Below, one piece after another: positions 12,629-24,650 of a stretch of 56,942 nt of DNA. The DNA is from Octopus bimaculoides (taxonomy: Eukaryota): positions 36,248,475 to 36,305,416 of the forward strand of contig NC_068991.1 in the NCBI RefSeq assembly GCF_001194135.2, given 5' to 3'. Within the stretch, counting starts at the first letter, position 1; each line of letters opens with the position of its first letter. The notes under the pieces were generated by a model, which was not told the DNA's origin, ran no database searches, and saw only the letters and a list, made by a program, of their open reading frames with translations. The translations under genes and the position numbers were made by a program.

Positions 12629-14751
12629 AATAAAACAACAGACTAGAAATTCTGTCAAATTGTCAGCAAGCCAAAATAATATACAATCTATAGTAATATA
12701 ATAAAATATGTGTATGTGAAAGTATATATAATACATTTTTAGCCAATCAACAAATTCCATTCACAATTTCGAGGTTATTTGATATTAAATATGCTGCATG
12801 TTTCATGATATTTTCTTCTACTTAAAATGTACCACAGCAGTAACGTCAGTTCATTAAGTCTTATTTTTAAGTAGCTTTACTCAGTGATTAAAAAGTTCAA
12901 GTGGAGAGTTCACTTTTACCTGATGAGACAGCTGGGAAATAAGCAGAAGCCGTTTTTCTCCTATGAACAAGAACTACAAGCATTTCAATTATTCAACAGA
13001 AAGATTAGAAAACGTAGAAGCTAACTGCAGTTGCATACCACAACTAAGAACTATTATATAAAGACCCAACCGTGTATTGATCATGTACACAAACGAGCCT
13101 AGACCAATTATACAAAGAATCCCCAAACTAGACATTGAACTGTTATTGTTTCTAGAAAAGTACTATGTAAAAAGGTAACAGGAAGATAAACGAGGGATTA
13201 TAGAATGTGTTGATTTTTCCTTTGAGAAACAAGAACAATTTCTAGTAACGCATAAAATAATCCCTAAAAACTACAAGTAGAATGTAAAGAAATACAAACC
13301 ACAATACCAGATTGATTAATGTCTTATAGTCACGGCAGCGCCTTTTTTTGTCGTGTGCATAAACATGTTCAGTTGATGACAAAAGGTGAAGAGTGATCCA
13401 AATTTGATATGTGTTGAATATATCGCCTAACATAAGCAGCAAAAATCATGCGAGCCAGAAAAATCATATGAATAATTCAAAAAGACGAAAAAGATTGTCC
13501 GACGATTGCCATTGAGCAAGCTGAAATTCAGGTTATAAAGCTTGTGAGATTGTAACTTTGAGCATGTATTGAGTACTCTTTTTGATTGAATAATCTGTTA
13601 AACACTCACTTGCACGCATGTTCACACATACACATCACGGGGCTGGAAATAAAAGGGCTTGTGTTTAAAGCTTTGGATTACCTATAAATTGTTAGTTATA
13701 GGTAATTTATGATTTGTGTGCCCTATTTGGGGAATATACAAATGAAAATAATACATGCTTTGCCTAACGTTCTATTGCCGGGAATATACTTTATCCGCTT
13801 AACGTTGCTGTATCAAATGGGAAGCGTTGTCTTCATACGTTCTTACGGATTGAAGAGTTATTTATAATTTTTTATCATCATAAGTATGTATACGCAGATA
13901 TTTTCAGTAATACACGAAGATATAATCATGTAGATACATACAGTCTTACACAAGGAACTATTCCTGGACGTACAGAAAAAAAAAGTCACTAGAAAAAAGA
14001 TATAAAATAAGCAAAGTAACAAACATTGACATTATCAAAATACAAAAAGTTTGATCAAGCGAAATAACCAATTCTATAAGAACTTAAAAACTAAATTAAT
14101 CAAAAGAAGTTCTGAAATATATAATAATGTAGGAAATACACACTATTTGCCCGAGAGAAAGGATAATCAATTCAACAAATACAAATGAAAACTCAAAAGA
14201 AATAGTATAACAAAAATATGCTTAAAAACAATTGAAACAAAATAAGATGCTTAAGGAAGATATAATGTTGTCTGTTGAGAGCAGTAGAACAAAACTATAG
14301 AAATATAAAAGATATTTTCAAAGGAGAAAATTGATGAATTTTTTGGAAAAGAAAAACAAAAACAGAGAAAAAAAAGAATGTTCCGATTATAAGGCAAATA
14401 GAAAAAGTAGAAAACACTCATAAATTTCACACGTTCACAATAAAAAAATATTTTAAGATTCGTTGCTACATACATGGAAATATTGCATAATGTAGCTTAG
14501 CATTTATGACTGAACCATTACATCAGAAGAAGTGATGCATAGTATGCCATGGAATGATAATTGGAAACTACTCTTTGTAGACAAAATTCAGTACTTCTAG
14601 ATAACACAAATTTATAGGAAGTTACACCATGTAACATATACCACCTTCTCTGTAATATTAGCTGCATTAGTCGAGTAACCCTAACTAATGTTAAGAAGTT
14701 TCAACCAAACACATTCGATATTGTTCAAAGTTTTATTATGTATTTTGAATT

Positions 14752-15110
14752 TTCTTTTACTTGATTTAGGCATTGGACAGCGATTCTACAAGGGCCTCGC
14801 CTTGAACGGTTTAGTCGAACGAAATGACCCCAGTTCTTATGCATCCTTTTAAAGGCCAGTACATATTCCATTATCTCCTTTGGTTACGCTAAGTTATAAG
14901 GACGTATTCAACCTAATACCGATTGTTAAGAGTAGAGTCGGAGCAACACAAGCACAAAGGCACCTCTCCGCACACTCATGATGGACTCCCACACAGCTTG
15001 CGTCTACTAAATTCACTTACAAGACATTAGTCGGCCTAGGGCGTTAGTAGATGACACCTGCCCAAGGTACCACTCTGGGACTAAAGTTGCAAAGTGAGCT
15101 TCTTAACCAC
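14752..15110 (-). mobile_element. SINE family B, near full length, diverged
   Basis: Collinear with 41310-41776 (tttagtcgaac.aaatgaccccag; gctaagtta; gtcggcc..gggc..tagtaga.gacacctgcccaagg). Confidence 0.7.
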
Positions 15111-16644
15111 GTGCGCGCGCTCGCAAAAAAAGGCTTGGAAAGGCTACGGATGTAGTTTTTCTTCGTCTTCTAGTCTATGATGCCTCACCTCATGCTTATA
15201 TTTGTTTTGAAGCTATTTGTTGAGTATAGATAAAGAGAGAAAGAGGATTAATATTATTTTAATAGGCACGACTTTGCAACTTGAGTTCCAATCCTGTTGA
15301 ACTCAACATTGTTTTTGTCCTTTCAGGGTCGATAATAAAGTACAAATGCAGTGGACTGGCAGAATTGTAGAAATGTTGGACGGGATGCGTTTCAATATTT
15401 CCCCAGTCTCTTTGCCTTCTGAATTCAAATACCACCATGGCCCACTCGTGTAGCAATCCTAGTCGCTCCCCACCCCGATTTAACCTCATCACCTGGTACT
15501 TTTGATGCTTTTAGTAGAATCCACTCTGATGCAAGCATTGGGGCCAGGTTTTCGATTTGAGGATATTTGCTTTCCGTTCTCCCTACCAGACACGGAAGCC
15601 TTGTAATGGTTAAAAGATAAAACAAGATAGAATAAAATGAAGTTATTAAATTAGGTATGTCATTTGTTGCTTTGAAAACAGAAAAAAGAAAGAGTTTTTG
15701 AATTAGTTTCCCAGTGACATAAACCTTTCCAAAAGGAAATTTCGAGGCAGCATCTCAGATCTGCTGGTTTGTAATTTTTTTCATAAGCTTTTCAACAATT
15801 CTTTCAAAAATTTTTTAGTAGATTTATGTTCGCAATTGCAAACAAATACAGTACAGTCTCTTTGATGGTGTATTGAACATCCATATATCAGGCAGAGTCA
15901 CGGAACCAAGAAAGAACTTTATCATTTAACAACATTCCCATGACGTCAGAACAACCATCTCCATATCATTAGGTTCCAGCAAAAGTTATAATTATGTTGA
16001 GAGAGATGAAAGTGTACCCTGCAGTGTTATTATACACAAGGACAGGTTGAATAAGAAATATAAAAGTCTGACTTAATAGCGGGCTTTATGAAGTAAAAAT
16101 TATGCTCCTGGGGAGTTGAGACTGTAACCTGGCTTTTAGTCTCGATTGAAGCCATTTAACCTTGTTTACAACTATTTCTTCAGATAAAGATCTAAACATT
16201 ACACAATGAATTTATGGTCTTATTCCAAACTAGCAAATCAATATTACAGCAGACATAAAAGTGGTGGAAATGGCTAACAAAGGAGTGTGCCTAGGTTAAT
16301 GCATTACAGAATTTGGTTCGATTATTCTAAATTCTTACTGGAAATCACCACAGGTTCTAATTTATGATTTATTTCCTCGGGCTTAATAAAATAAAACCAA
16401 GTAAAATGTTCATGTAAATTGAATTAACTACAACTCCTCTAAAATATTGTTTTCATCACTAAAGAAGTCACTAAAAATGTCAAAGGTATCCTTTAAATAT
16501 TTCTGCATGGTTTGATAAAGTCATAGTACCAGAAGCATTCATATTAATATCAATATATATATATATATATATATATGTTGCGAACAAAACGTAGACAAAA
16601 TAATAAGCAGAGTACAGAAAACACACAGGCCACATAGAGAACAT

Positions 16645-16716
16645 TTCCTTCATTAGCTGCCACCATTCTAACACTAGCGTTTCGAAGAGTTAGGGCAGGA
16701 CGCTTCGTTAAAATGG
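16645..16716 (-). ncRNA. Hammerhead-ribozyme-like motif in non-circularly permuted order; this copy probably inactive (CUAAUGA, G5A)
   Basis: Minus strand reads AGCG-UC-CUGCC-CUAACU-CUUC-GAAA-CGCU-AGUGUUAGAAUGGU-GGCAG-CUAAUGA-AGGAAA. Stem III is AGCGU/ACGCU, the GUC triplet is at 16701-16699, and stem I CUGCC/GGCAG directly abuts the core. Stem II is short and weak. Confidence 0.6.
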
Positions 16717-17362
16717 CTCTTCCCACGGACCACAAATTAAATTTGTACAATGGAGGTATGTAGTGGCGGACAGAAAAGAAGACAGGAAACCGAAACAGTG
16801 AAAATAAACAAAAAAGGCTATACGGCCAGACGTGAAAAAATATGTGTATATTGAACGCTGTGAAGCAATGAACTGGAAGGAAGCGGGACGAAGAATGTTC
16901 GTGTGCTTGCTTGGCGATAGCCAAGGTAAGAAAGGCAGTAGGGCTGGACAGATGTGACCAGCGTGGGGTAAGGAGAAAGAGTGGTAGAGGGAGAGAAAAG
17001 GGGAGGAAGTAGAAAACAGGTGAGCAACGAGAGACAGGGAGGAAGAGAGAGATATAGTAGTAACAGAAGGAAGAACGAGATGGGGAAAATGATACAAAGA
17101 TAGGTAGAGTCACGTCAGAAAATATAAAGTTCAAAACTTATATACATATATATGTATATGTATATGTATGTATATGGTATAATTTTTAGAGTAAACAGTA
17201 AACGGTTGTCATTAATAGTACTCAGTGTTTCGAATGTCGGAGCGAAGAGCTACGGTATATTCTCGTGAGCTATTAAATGCCAACAATTGCTACGGAAAAC
17301 CGTTAAATAAAAGGAAAGTAACTCTAATAGATGTAAAAAGAAAAAAAGATAAAAATATAAAA

Positions 17363-17410
<48 letters not shown>

Positions 17411-17596
17411 TAAGTTATAAAGGCATATATATACTCATACATATTCGCACAAAAAATAATAACATACACAGACATAAAATACCTGCGTTCACAACGTCTA
17501 CATACGTATACAAGCATATATACGCTCACACACACACACACGCACGCACACACACACGCACACACACGCATACACACACGCATATACACACTCACG

Positions 17597-17632
<36 letters not shown>

Positions 17633-18594
17633 TATATGTATGTACGTGCTGCACGAAAGCAGAAGGGTTTCCCAAATATTTCCCTTTATTATGAAAATCA
17701 ACGCCCACCAGCATCCCCACAAATACTTCCACTACTTCAGCTTATTGAAACGTCATATAAAGATACGTAAGGCTTATCAAACTGGCATTTCTTGTAAAAT
17801 TATAGCCTCTTGGAATATGATTGCGTTTTAGTCAGAATTGTATAGGTGCCATTCACAGAAACGATTACACTAATGAAGATACGAAACATCTAGAAATTTA
17901 AAGTTATCTTATATCTTTGGAAATAAATATCAAGCGAACATTACAGTGTAAACATTTATCAAATGTAAGCATAAAAGGCCAAACACTTTTCCGTTAGAAA
18001 GAAAGAAGAAAAAACTTAAAACGACACATAACGCTCTTGTTACGGAAATCAGTTTTCCAACTGATAAGAATATGGTAAATATCTATAAGCTGGAAATACA
18101 ATATACCTGAACTGTTTCTCTAAATCCACATTTATAATCCCTGATGCTCTTGATGCTGCTATTCAAACTTTATCTCGGCAACACAGAACATCATTTCAAC
18201 TACAAAACTACGTCACTTCATAGCGAGTTCAATGCTTTTCGTCTCTAATTTTGTTTTCCACTTTTTCCCTTCACTAAAATTGCCAGGTAAAGCAGAAGGT
18301 GGGTGGTGATCGTAGCGGATAGACTTCGCTTTAAAGATTGCGCAATAACTCTGCAGATATGTTATAGAACCAAGGCACAATAAATATGTGTATATGTAAT
18401 AAAACCAGTACACAAAGGATATCACAGTAGCTATATAGTTATACGTATGATTACTAAGATCACTTTCCAACTGTGTGGTACCGCATTCGAACCCATATGC
18501 GGCAATTTTTGCGTTTTGAGCAATTTCATGTGTATGAAATTAGATATATAAACAGCAGTTTGCAATGTTTCACCAAAAAGAAGAATTACAAATG

Positions 18595-18736
18595 TCACTA
18601 AATGCGACTAGGGTGTTAGGAAACACCTAAATTGCTAGAAATAAAAGCTAAATCGTGTTAACTACAGTATAAGAGTGGTTTAGCTCTTATTTCTAGAAAT
18701 GTAAGTGTTTCTTAACACCCTAGTCGCATTTAGTGA
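18595..18736. repeat. Hairpin/MITE-like inverted repeat with arms of about 58 bp
   Basis: tcactaaatgcgactagggtgtta.gaaacac.ta.att.ctagaaataa.agctaaa against its reverse complement, with 5 differences. Confidence 0.9.
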
Positions 18737-18765
18737 TCTTTCTATCTATCTATTTATCTATCTAT

Positions 18766-18813
<48 letters not shown>

Positions 18814-19159
18814 GTAAAAAATAAGGAGTGCGTTGCGTCACCTGAATAATATTTTCAGAAGTCACACAGGTATAGTAATAAACAAACGGACGGAAAGACA
18901 TACTAAATGCACTGACTTCTGAAATTATGCAAAAAGCTATGGCTTCATAAGTTCGTTCACAGTTGCATCTCTTAGGTACATCTCATTGATAAGAGCCAAG
19001 AAATTTGAAACATCGATGTCTGGGATTCCTAATAGATGGCGACGCTAAACCAACCGGGAGTTTTCACACCTTTTTGCCATAAGAGAGATATATTCTCCAC
19101 GATAACTGCAGTGTATTTGACTTTTAGCAGTTGAAATATGTCATAAGCATATTTCAACT

Positions 19160-20340
19160 AACTTAAATATGTACATAGGGTTTATGGTCCTCACGTAACC
19201 CGTGTAGCGTGGGAACATCGTTGTGGAATGCCTGGAAATTTTTTGCAGTCCGTGTCTTGGGTTGGAGTATGTTGCACCACATTCTCATGTGTGCACTGAG
19301 AATTTTTTCCACTCTTTCATGTTCATGTGGTGCAACTTCTCTCATGCTATATTGATATTTTGTAGCATGGCCTGGACATATTTCTGTAGGCTGTCTATTG
19401 ACAGTGTGCCAGACTTGTCCGTAGGGAGGCACACTAATTCCTTGTTCCAAATTCGTTGTTTCAGTTTTTTTAGGCCTTTGTCAATAGATGTTTTTTAGTG
19501 GTTTTGTTACGCCGGTCTAAGATGTGTCAGAGTCTATTTCTAGCTAAGGAAATCTTACTACAGACTGTCAGTCTGTAGCAGGATACATACCCTTTTGTTG
19601 AAGGGTAAGTCTATGGGCAAGATCCTCGTCATGTCGTATGATTTGTTGTTGAGATTATAAAAGACAGAGTGTAGGGCGCTACTGGTGTTACTATCGTTGT
19701 TGTTACGGTTGCTGGAATTGTTGTTGTTGATGGTGGTGGTGGTGGTGGTATTGCTTGTGTTGTGTTCATTGTTGTTATTGTTGTTGTGGCTGTTGTTATT
19801 GTTGTGGTTGGTGTTGGTGGCGGTGCAGTGTGGATGATATATTTGTTGATATTGTTGTCTTTGTGGGGGGCGTTGCGGTTATTGTTGTTATTGTCATTGT
19901 TGTTGTTATCATTGTTGTTATTGTTATTGTCACTATTGTTGTTGTTATAAACATTAACATTGCTATTGTTGTTCTTTTGATTTCGTATGTTTGTGTTGTT
20001 GCTGTTGTTGTTGTATTGTTCTAACCTTCATCTTATTATTAAGAGCGTTTTTTCAATTTCAGATCGACAATCAATTTTTCTGACCTTTTTATATGTAGCG
20101 AATTTCGGTGGTAACTCTAAGGCATGCATTTCATCCGTATCTAGCTGTACTGCACCGTATATTCCAGGGGTGTAATTGTTGTTGTTGTTGTTGTTGGTTG
20201 TGGTGGTATTGTTTTTCGGTGTCCAGGCACCGAAGTCCTCTGGTAGTTCATATTCTAAAATGACAATCCCGTCGATATTGTTTAGGTGTCTGTGTTGATT
20301 CTTACCATGTTGAGATCATTGTTGTTGCTGTTTTATCCAC
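19160..20340 (-). mobile_element. Penelope-like element, N-terminal and RT-proximal fragment
   Basis: Minus-strand frames give LELPPKFATYKKVRKIDCRSEIEK, LVCLPTDKSGTLSIDSLQKYVQAM and PTLHGLREDHKP (PLE PxLYGLPKIHK-like). Interrupted by (AAC)-rich low-complexity sequence. Confidence 0.7.
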
Positions 20341-21446
20341 TTGAATTTATTGTTATATAGTACTCTATCCAGTGAGAGATAAATATTATTTAATGTACAC
20401 AATTACAGAAGAGCAACTAATATTTTCATGCTGTAAGATACATTAAATCCTCCAGGTTTAGTTCATAACGTTACGTGTATTTAAAAGCCGAGACGTTGGT
20501 CTATGAGAGAGCATGAAAAACGTTAACAAAAAACGCGAAGAAGGTTGATGCATAAAGTGGAACGAGAAGAAAGAAATAAGTAAGAAAACCAAGATCTTCA
20601 TCCTCTTTGACAGTAGAAACCATAATTAATGTAACTGGTGCAGAATAATATAACAGTAAGGAGGTCAAAGTCTGTGAGATAGCTACTCAATCATGTATAT
20701 GTTAGACCTGGAGAGAATTTAAAGGAGATTCGAAATTGCTTTAGTTGTTTATTTTTACTTTTTAAGCAAAAATCAATTTCACGGCATGTCTTAGTGTGTT
20801 AGTATATACAGCATGAAAATTTATCTTAATATTTGACAAAATTAGAAACATCATAACTCACTGGTGCAAATACATTGTTCAAAACAGAAAGAAAATTTGG
20901 TTCACTTACTTGCGTTACATTGTGCACTTGCTAACATAAACATATGCCTCCTTTATACCTACAAGAACCCATATTTATCGAAGAGAGAACAAAACAGTAA
21001 GAGTTTATTTGCATTCTTGGAATGGAGTCAATTGGCAACTCTGTTAATTACTTTTCTTAATGAATTTATAGCTAACCTAATATCCATAAACTAATCTTGT
21101 CTTACACCTACCTAATAGTTCATGATTCTGTGAAATGATATTGGTCGAAATGAACAATAAATACAGTTTCCTATATTGCATTCAAACAGTAAAAGGAAAT
21201 ATATATGGAGCTACTTGTATCGGGGCTATTATAAATTTATGTTTGTAGATATAAAAACTTATTTGTTACGATTGGGAAAATACTATTTTATATCAGGGTA
21301 TATAATTCTCCAACCACATGCAACGTGCAGATTCTGGTCAGCGACCGATTTTTCAATACCAAAACTTATTCCATCACTGGCTTGTCAAACAAACTGGCCT
21401 TGTGCTTTTGAAAGATAAAAAAATCCTTCCTCTCCCTCTTCCTCAA

Positions 21447-21542
21447 TCTTCTTCTTCTTCTTCTTCTTCTTCTTCTTCTTCTTCTTCTTCTTCTTCTTCT
21501 TCTTCTTCTTCTTCTTCTTCTTCTTCTTCTTCTTCTTCTTCT
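21447..21542. repeat. (CTT)n microsatellite
   Basis: Read directly from the sequence. Confidence 0.97.
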
Positions 21543-21743
21543 CTATCCATCTGTTCAAATCTGTAGGGATAGTTCCCAATGCACGTATAACTACCGGGAT
21601 ACATTTTACCCGCACTTCCTATAGTCGCTGTAATTCAATAGCTGGGTCCTGGTACTTTGCTATTTTTTCTATACCTCTCATATTAATTTTTTCATCATTT
21701 GGGACTACAAAGTCAATTATCTGGCATTTTCTATCCTCTTTAT

Positions 21744-21798
<55 letters not shown>

Positions 21799-22552
21799 AA
21801 CCACCAAATCAGGCCTTCTAGCTTCTATTATTCTGTCAGTCTGAATGTTAAAGTCCCACATTTTGTACTTCTTACTTTCTAGTACTTTATTAGGTCCATG
21901 TTCATACCATTTATCAGTATGTTCAAATCCTAGCTTTCTACAAAGCTCCAAGTGGATTGCTCTCCCTAGATTGTCATGTCTTTTCTTGTATTCTTTCTGT
22001 GCCAGCATGATGCATTCACTTATTATATGAGTAACGCTTTCCTTTTTTAATTTGCATAATCTACTTTGGAAATCTACTTAGTTTTTGTTTATTTTGGCTT
22101 TTATCCAATTAGTTCTTAATGCTTGATCTTGTGCAACTACTAACAAACTTTCTGTCTCCCTCTTCAGCTTTCCTTTCTGCAACCATAACTATGTCTCATT
22201 ACTACTATTTGCTACTACTATATTTGGGAATCTACAATGCATTGTCTTCTCGTGCCACTCAGATAATTTCTATTCTTTTTTCTGGTTTTTAAGTTCGTTT
22301 GGTGTTTTGGTTTGCTCATGTCTTGCTGTGACTCCAACAGCTTTTAATAAACTTTCTTCACTATTACCTACATAGGAGTCTATATCTACTGTAGCTAACT
22401 CCACACAGTCTTCCACTGATATTAACCCTCTTCTACCTTCCTTTCTAGTGGGTATAATCTTGCTACTCCTGCCCTTTGGTGGAGTCCTTCATTCATATTG
22501 AATTCCTTCCTAATTCTTTTGTCTAGCTTTGCTAATTCAGTTCTTGTCCGTT
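21541..22552 (-). mobile_element. R4/Dong-clade non-LTR retrotransposon fragment (RT thumb, CCHC, restriction-like endonuclease)
   Basis: ELAKLDKRI and RLYPLERKVEEG-like thumb; RLCKLKKESVTHIISEC; RHDNLGRAIHLELC; WDFNIQTDRIIEARRPDL..IIDFVVPND..KIAKYQD; IPVVIRALGTIP. Confidence 0.85.
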
Positions 22553-22762
22553 TATGATGCTCCACCACTACTTCTGCTCGTGACCAAAGATGCACATATC
22601 ACCAGACACTAAGGGACATGCTCAAGTGGTTAAGGTCAAGCAACTGGCAAGCAAATCTGTGGTATTGAGCAGAATACTTACTGTAGCCCATCTTTTATAC
22701 CAAGACAAAAGAATGTACATGATAACACTTCCAAATATTTAGGATCAAAACCATGTGAGCCA

Positions 22763-22763
<1 letters not shown>
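22553..22763 (-). mobile_element. Unclassified interspersed repeat 'X' (5' about 210 bp), copy 1
   Basis: Collinear with 31950-32159 (cactacttctgc..gtga.ca.agatgcacatatc..aagggacatgctcaa.tggttaa.gtcaa..tggtattgagca..atgtacatgata.cacttcca..gagccat). Confidence 0.75.
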
Positions 22764-22840
<77 letters not shown>

Positions 22841-23105
22841 GTCGGCGAGCTGGCAGAATCGTTAGCACACTGGACGAAATGCTTGGTGGTATTTCGCACG
22901 TCGTTACATTCTGAGTTCAAATTCCGGCGAGCTCGACTTTGCCTTTCAGCCTTCCGGGATTGATAAATTAAGTATCAGTGAAACACTGGGGTCGATGCAA
23001 GTGACTAGCCCCTCCCCCATAATTTCAGGCCTTACTCCTTTAGTAAAAAGGATTATTATTAGTATTTTTAAGGTGGTGACTTGGCAGAACTGTTAGCACG
23101 CCGGG
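22841..23105 (+). mobile_element. SINE-A full copy (22841-23060) plus a second, truncated head, preceded by (ATT)n at 22764-22839
   Basis: ggcgagctggcagaatcgttagca head; ttctgagttcaaattccggcgagctcgactttgcctttca core. Confidence 0.85.
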
Positions 23106-24441
23106 ATGAGGAATTGGTCAAAGAAAAAGGTTTTGAATTCTATATCCCTCATTCACTATGTGGGTGCAGCGATGAAAAGGACGCATCCCAGTTTCCACTT
23201 ATTTTCACAATATGATTACCCTCAGCATTTTTTAAAGAACCAGCCCTCCGCACTTGACGCCTACAACAGAGGTGAGAACCTAACCAGAAAGATTAATGTC
23301 TGTCGTACTGCTGTAACTTCCAACTGTCAACCGACGCCAATCGTGTCAGATTCTATAACCCCACATCATCGCCTACTCACACTGAGACTCAGCTTCAGTT
23401 TTCAACTGAAAAAAAGTTAACACAGAGGCATGTCAGCTCATTGCTCACGGTCTTGTAAAGCTGGTGGAAGTCGTCCTGTAGACAGAATCGCAAAAACTTA
23501 TCATCTACGAGGTAAGATGTTTAAATCGGCGCTGAAACGTACGGTAGCTACAGTTACTGTGAAACATGAACATACACTTCAAGTCTTGAAAATATGAGTT
23601 TGCGTCGAGTGCTGGAGTTGTAAAGACAAGATATCGCTATGAACAACGAGATGCAGGCGATCCGGGACTGATAACTATCACGTAAAAGTGGCACGAGATT
23701 CCCCTCTACTTGTATGGTGTGTGACACGTGGACGATGAGAAAAGATGGTCTTAAGTTTCCCGATTGAGAAAATGTACGCGATCGTTCGAAATCAGTCCTA
23801 TTGACCTCATCGACCAGGCCATTTAAATGGCCTGTTCGTATCTTAACCTTGGGGATTTGATGATTACTTTTATACAAAGCTACATTTCTCAATATGTTAC
23901 CTCTATATAATGTAAAGGAGATTCGGCTACTGTCACTAACAAGTTGTGGAACCAGGTGGTTACTTTTTCGTTGGATCCTTGTTGTAACCATTGTTGTTCC
24001 TACTCTAGGGTGGTTATACAATACGGCATCATTTTGGTCTCTGTTTTTACACCTTTATTACAAACTGATCCCATATGTTCCAGTTCAACTGAATTGCCAT
24101 TTAAGATATTCATCCTCCAAAGCAATGTCTCAAATGTTAAAATATATAAAAATATTGCGAAAGGATATCTTTGACAGAGTGAAAGCGCGATTCGATATAG
24201 TTCCCATAAGAATAGACGGGGCTGAAAGCCACCACCAGATAACAATGGTTGGCTTTAGAATGATCCACATTGATCAAAACCCGACAAAGGCTAGATTTTG
24301 TGTCGACTCACACTACGATGCATCGCGTGAGCACCGAAAATAGCATAATTTGTGTGTCTTGGACTCCACTAGTAACACATGCCAACCATTTGGTGGTCAA
24401 ATTTGTCAAAATATTTAACTCGTCTAGCAAAGTTTGATAAG

Positions 24442-24650
24442 GATTTCAAATTTTGGCACAAGTTCTGCTATTTAGAGAGAGGGATAAGTCGATTACATGG
24501 ACGACAGTTCTTAATTGATACATATTTTCTCGATCTCGAACGGATGAAAAGCAAAGTCGACCTCTGTGGAATTTGAACATGAAGACAGACGATATATATT
24601 TATGCATTTAGCCCAGCATGCTAACGATTCTGCCTGCTCGCCGCCTTAAT
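24442..24650 (-). mobile_element. SINE-A copy
   Basis: ggatgaaaagcaaagtcgacctc..ggaatttgaac core; gctaacgattctgcctgctcgccgcctt head. Confidence 0.85.

Noticed and set aside
12650-14740. Repeat-free stretch with hydrophobic minus-strand ORFs (13242-13442, 14251-14475) suggesting a membrane-protein pseudogene
   Set aside because: The minus strand is T-rich, so all frames are hydrophobic; frames are riddled with stops and I recognised no family motif. BLASTx would be needed to revive it.
15720-16030. Protein-like minus-strand fragments (YGDGCSDVMGMLLNDKVLSWF..)
   Set aside because: Stops in every frame, no recognisable family and no convincing splice sites.
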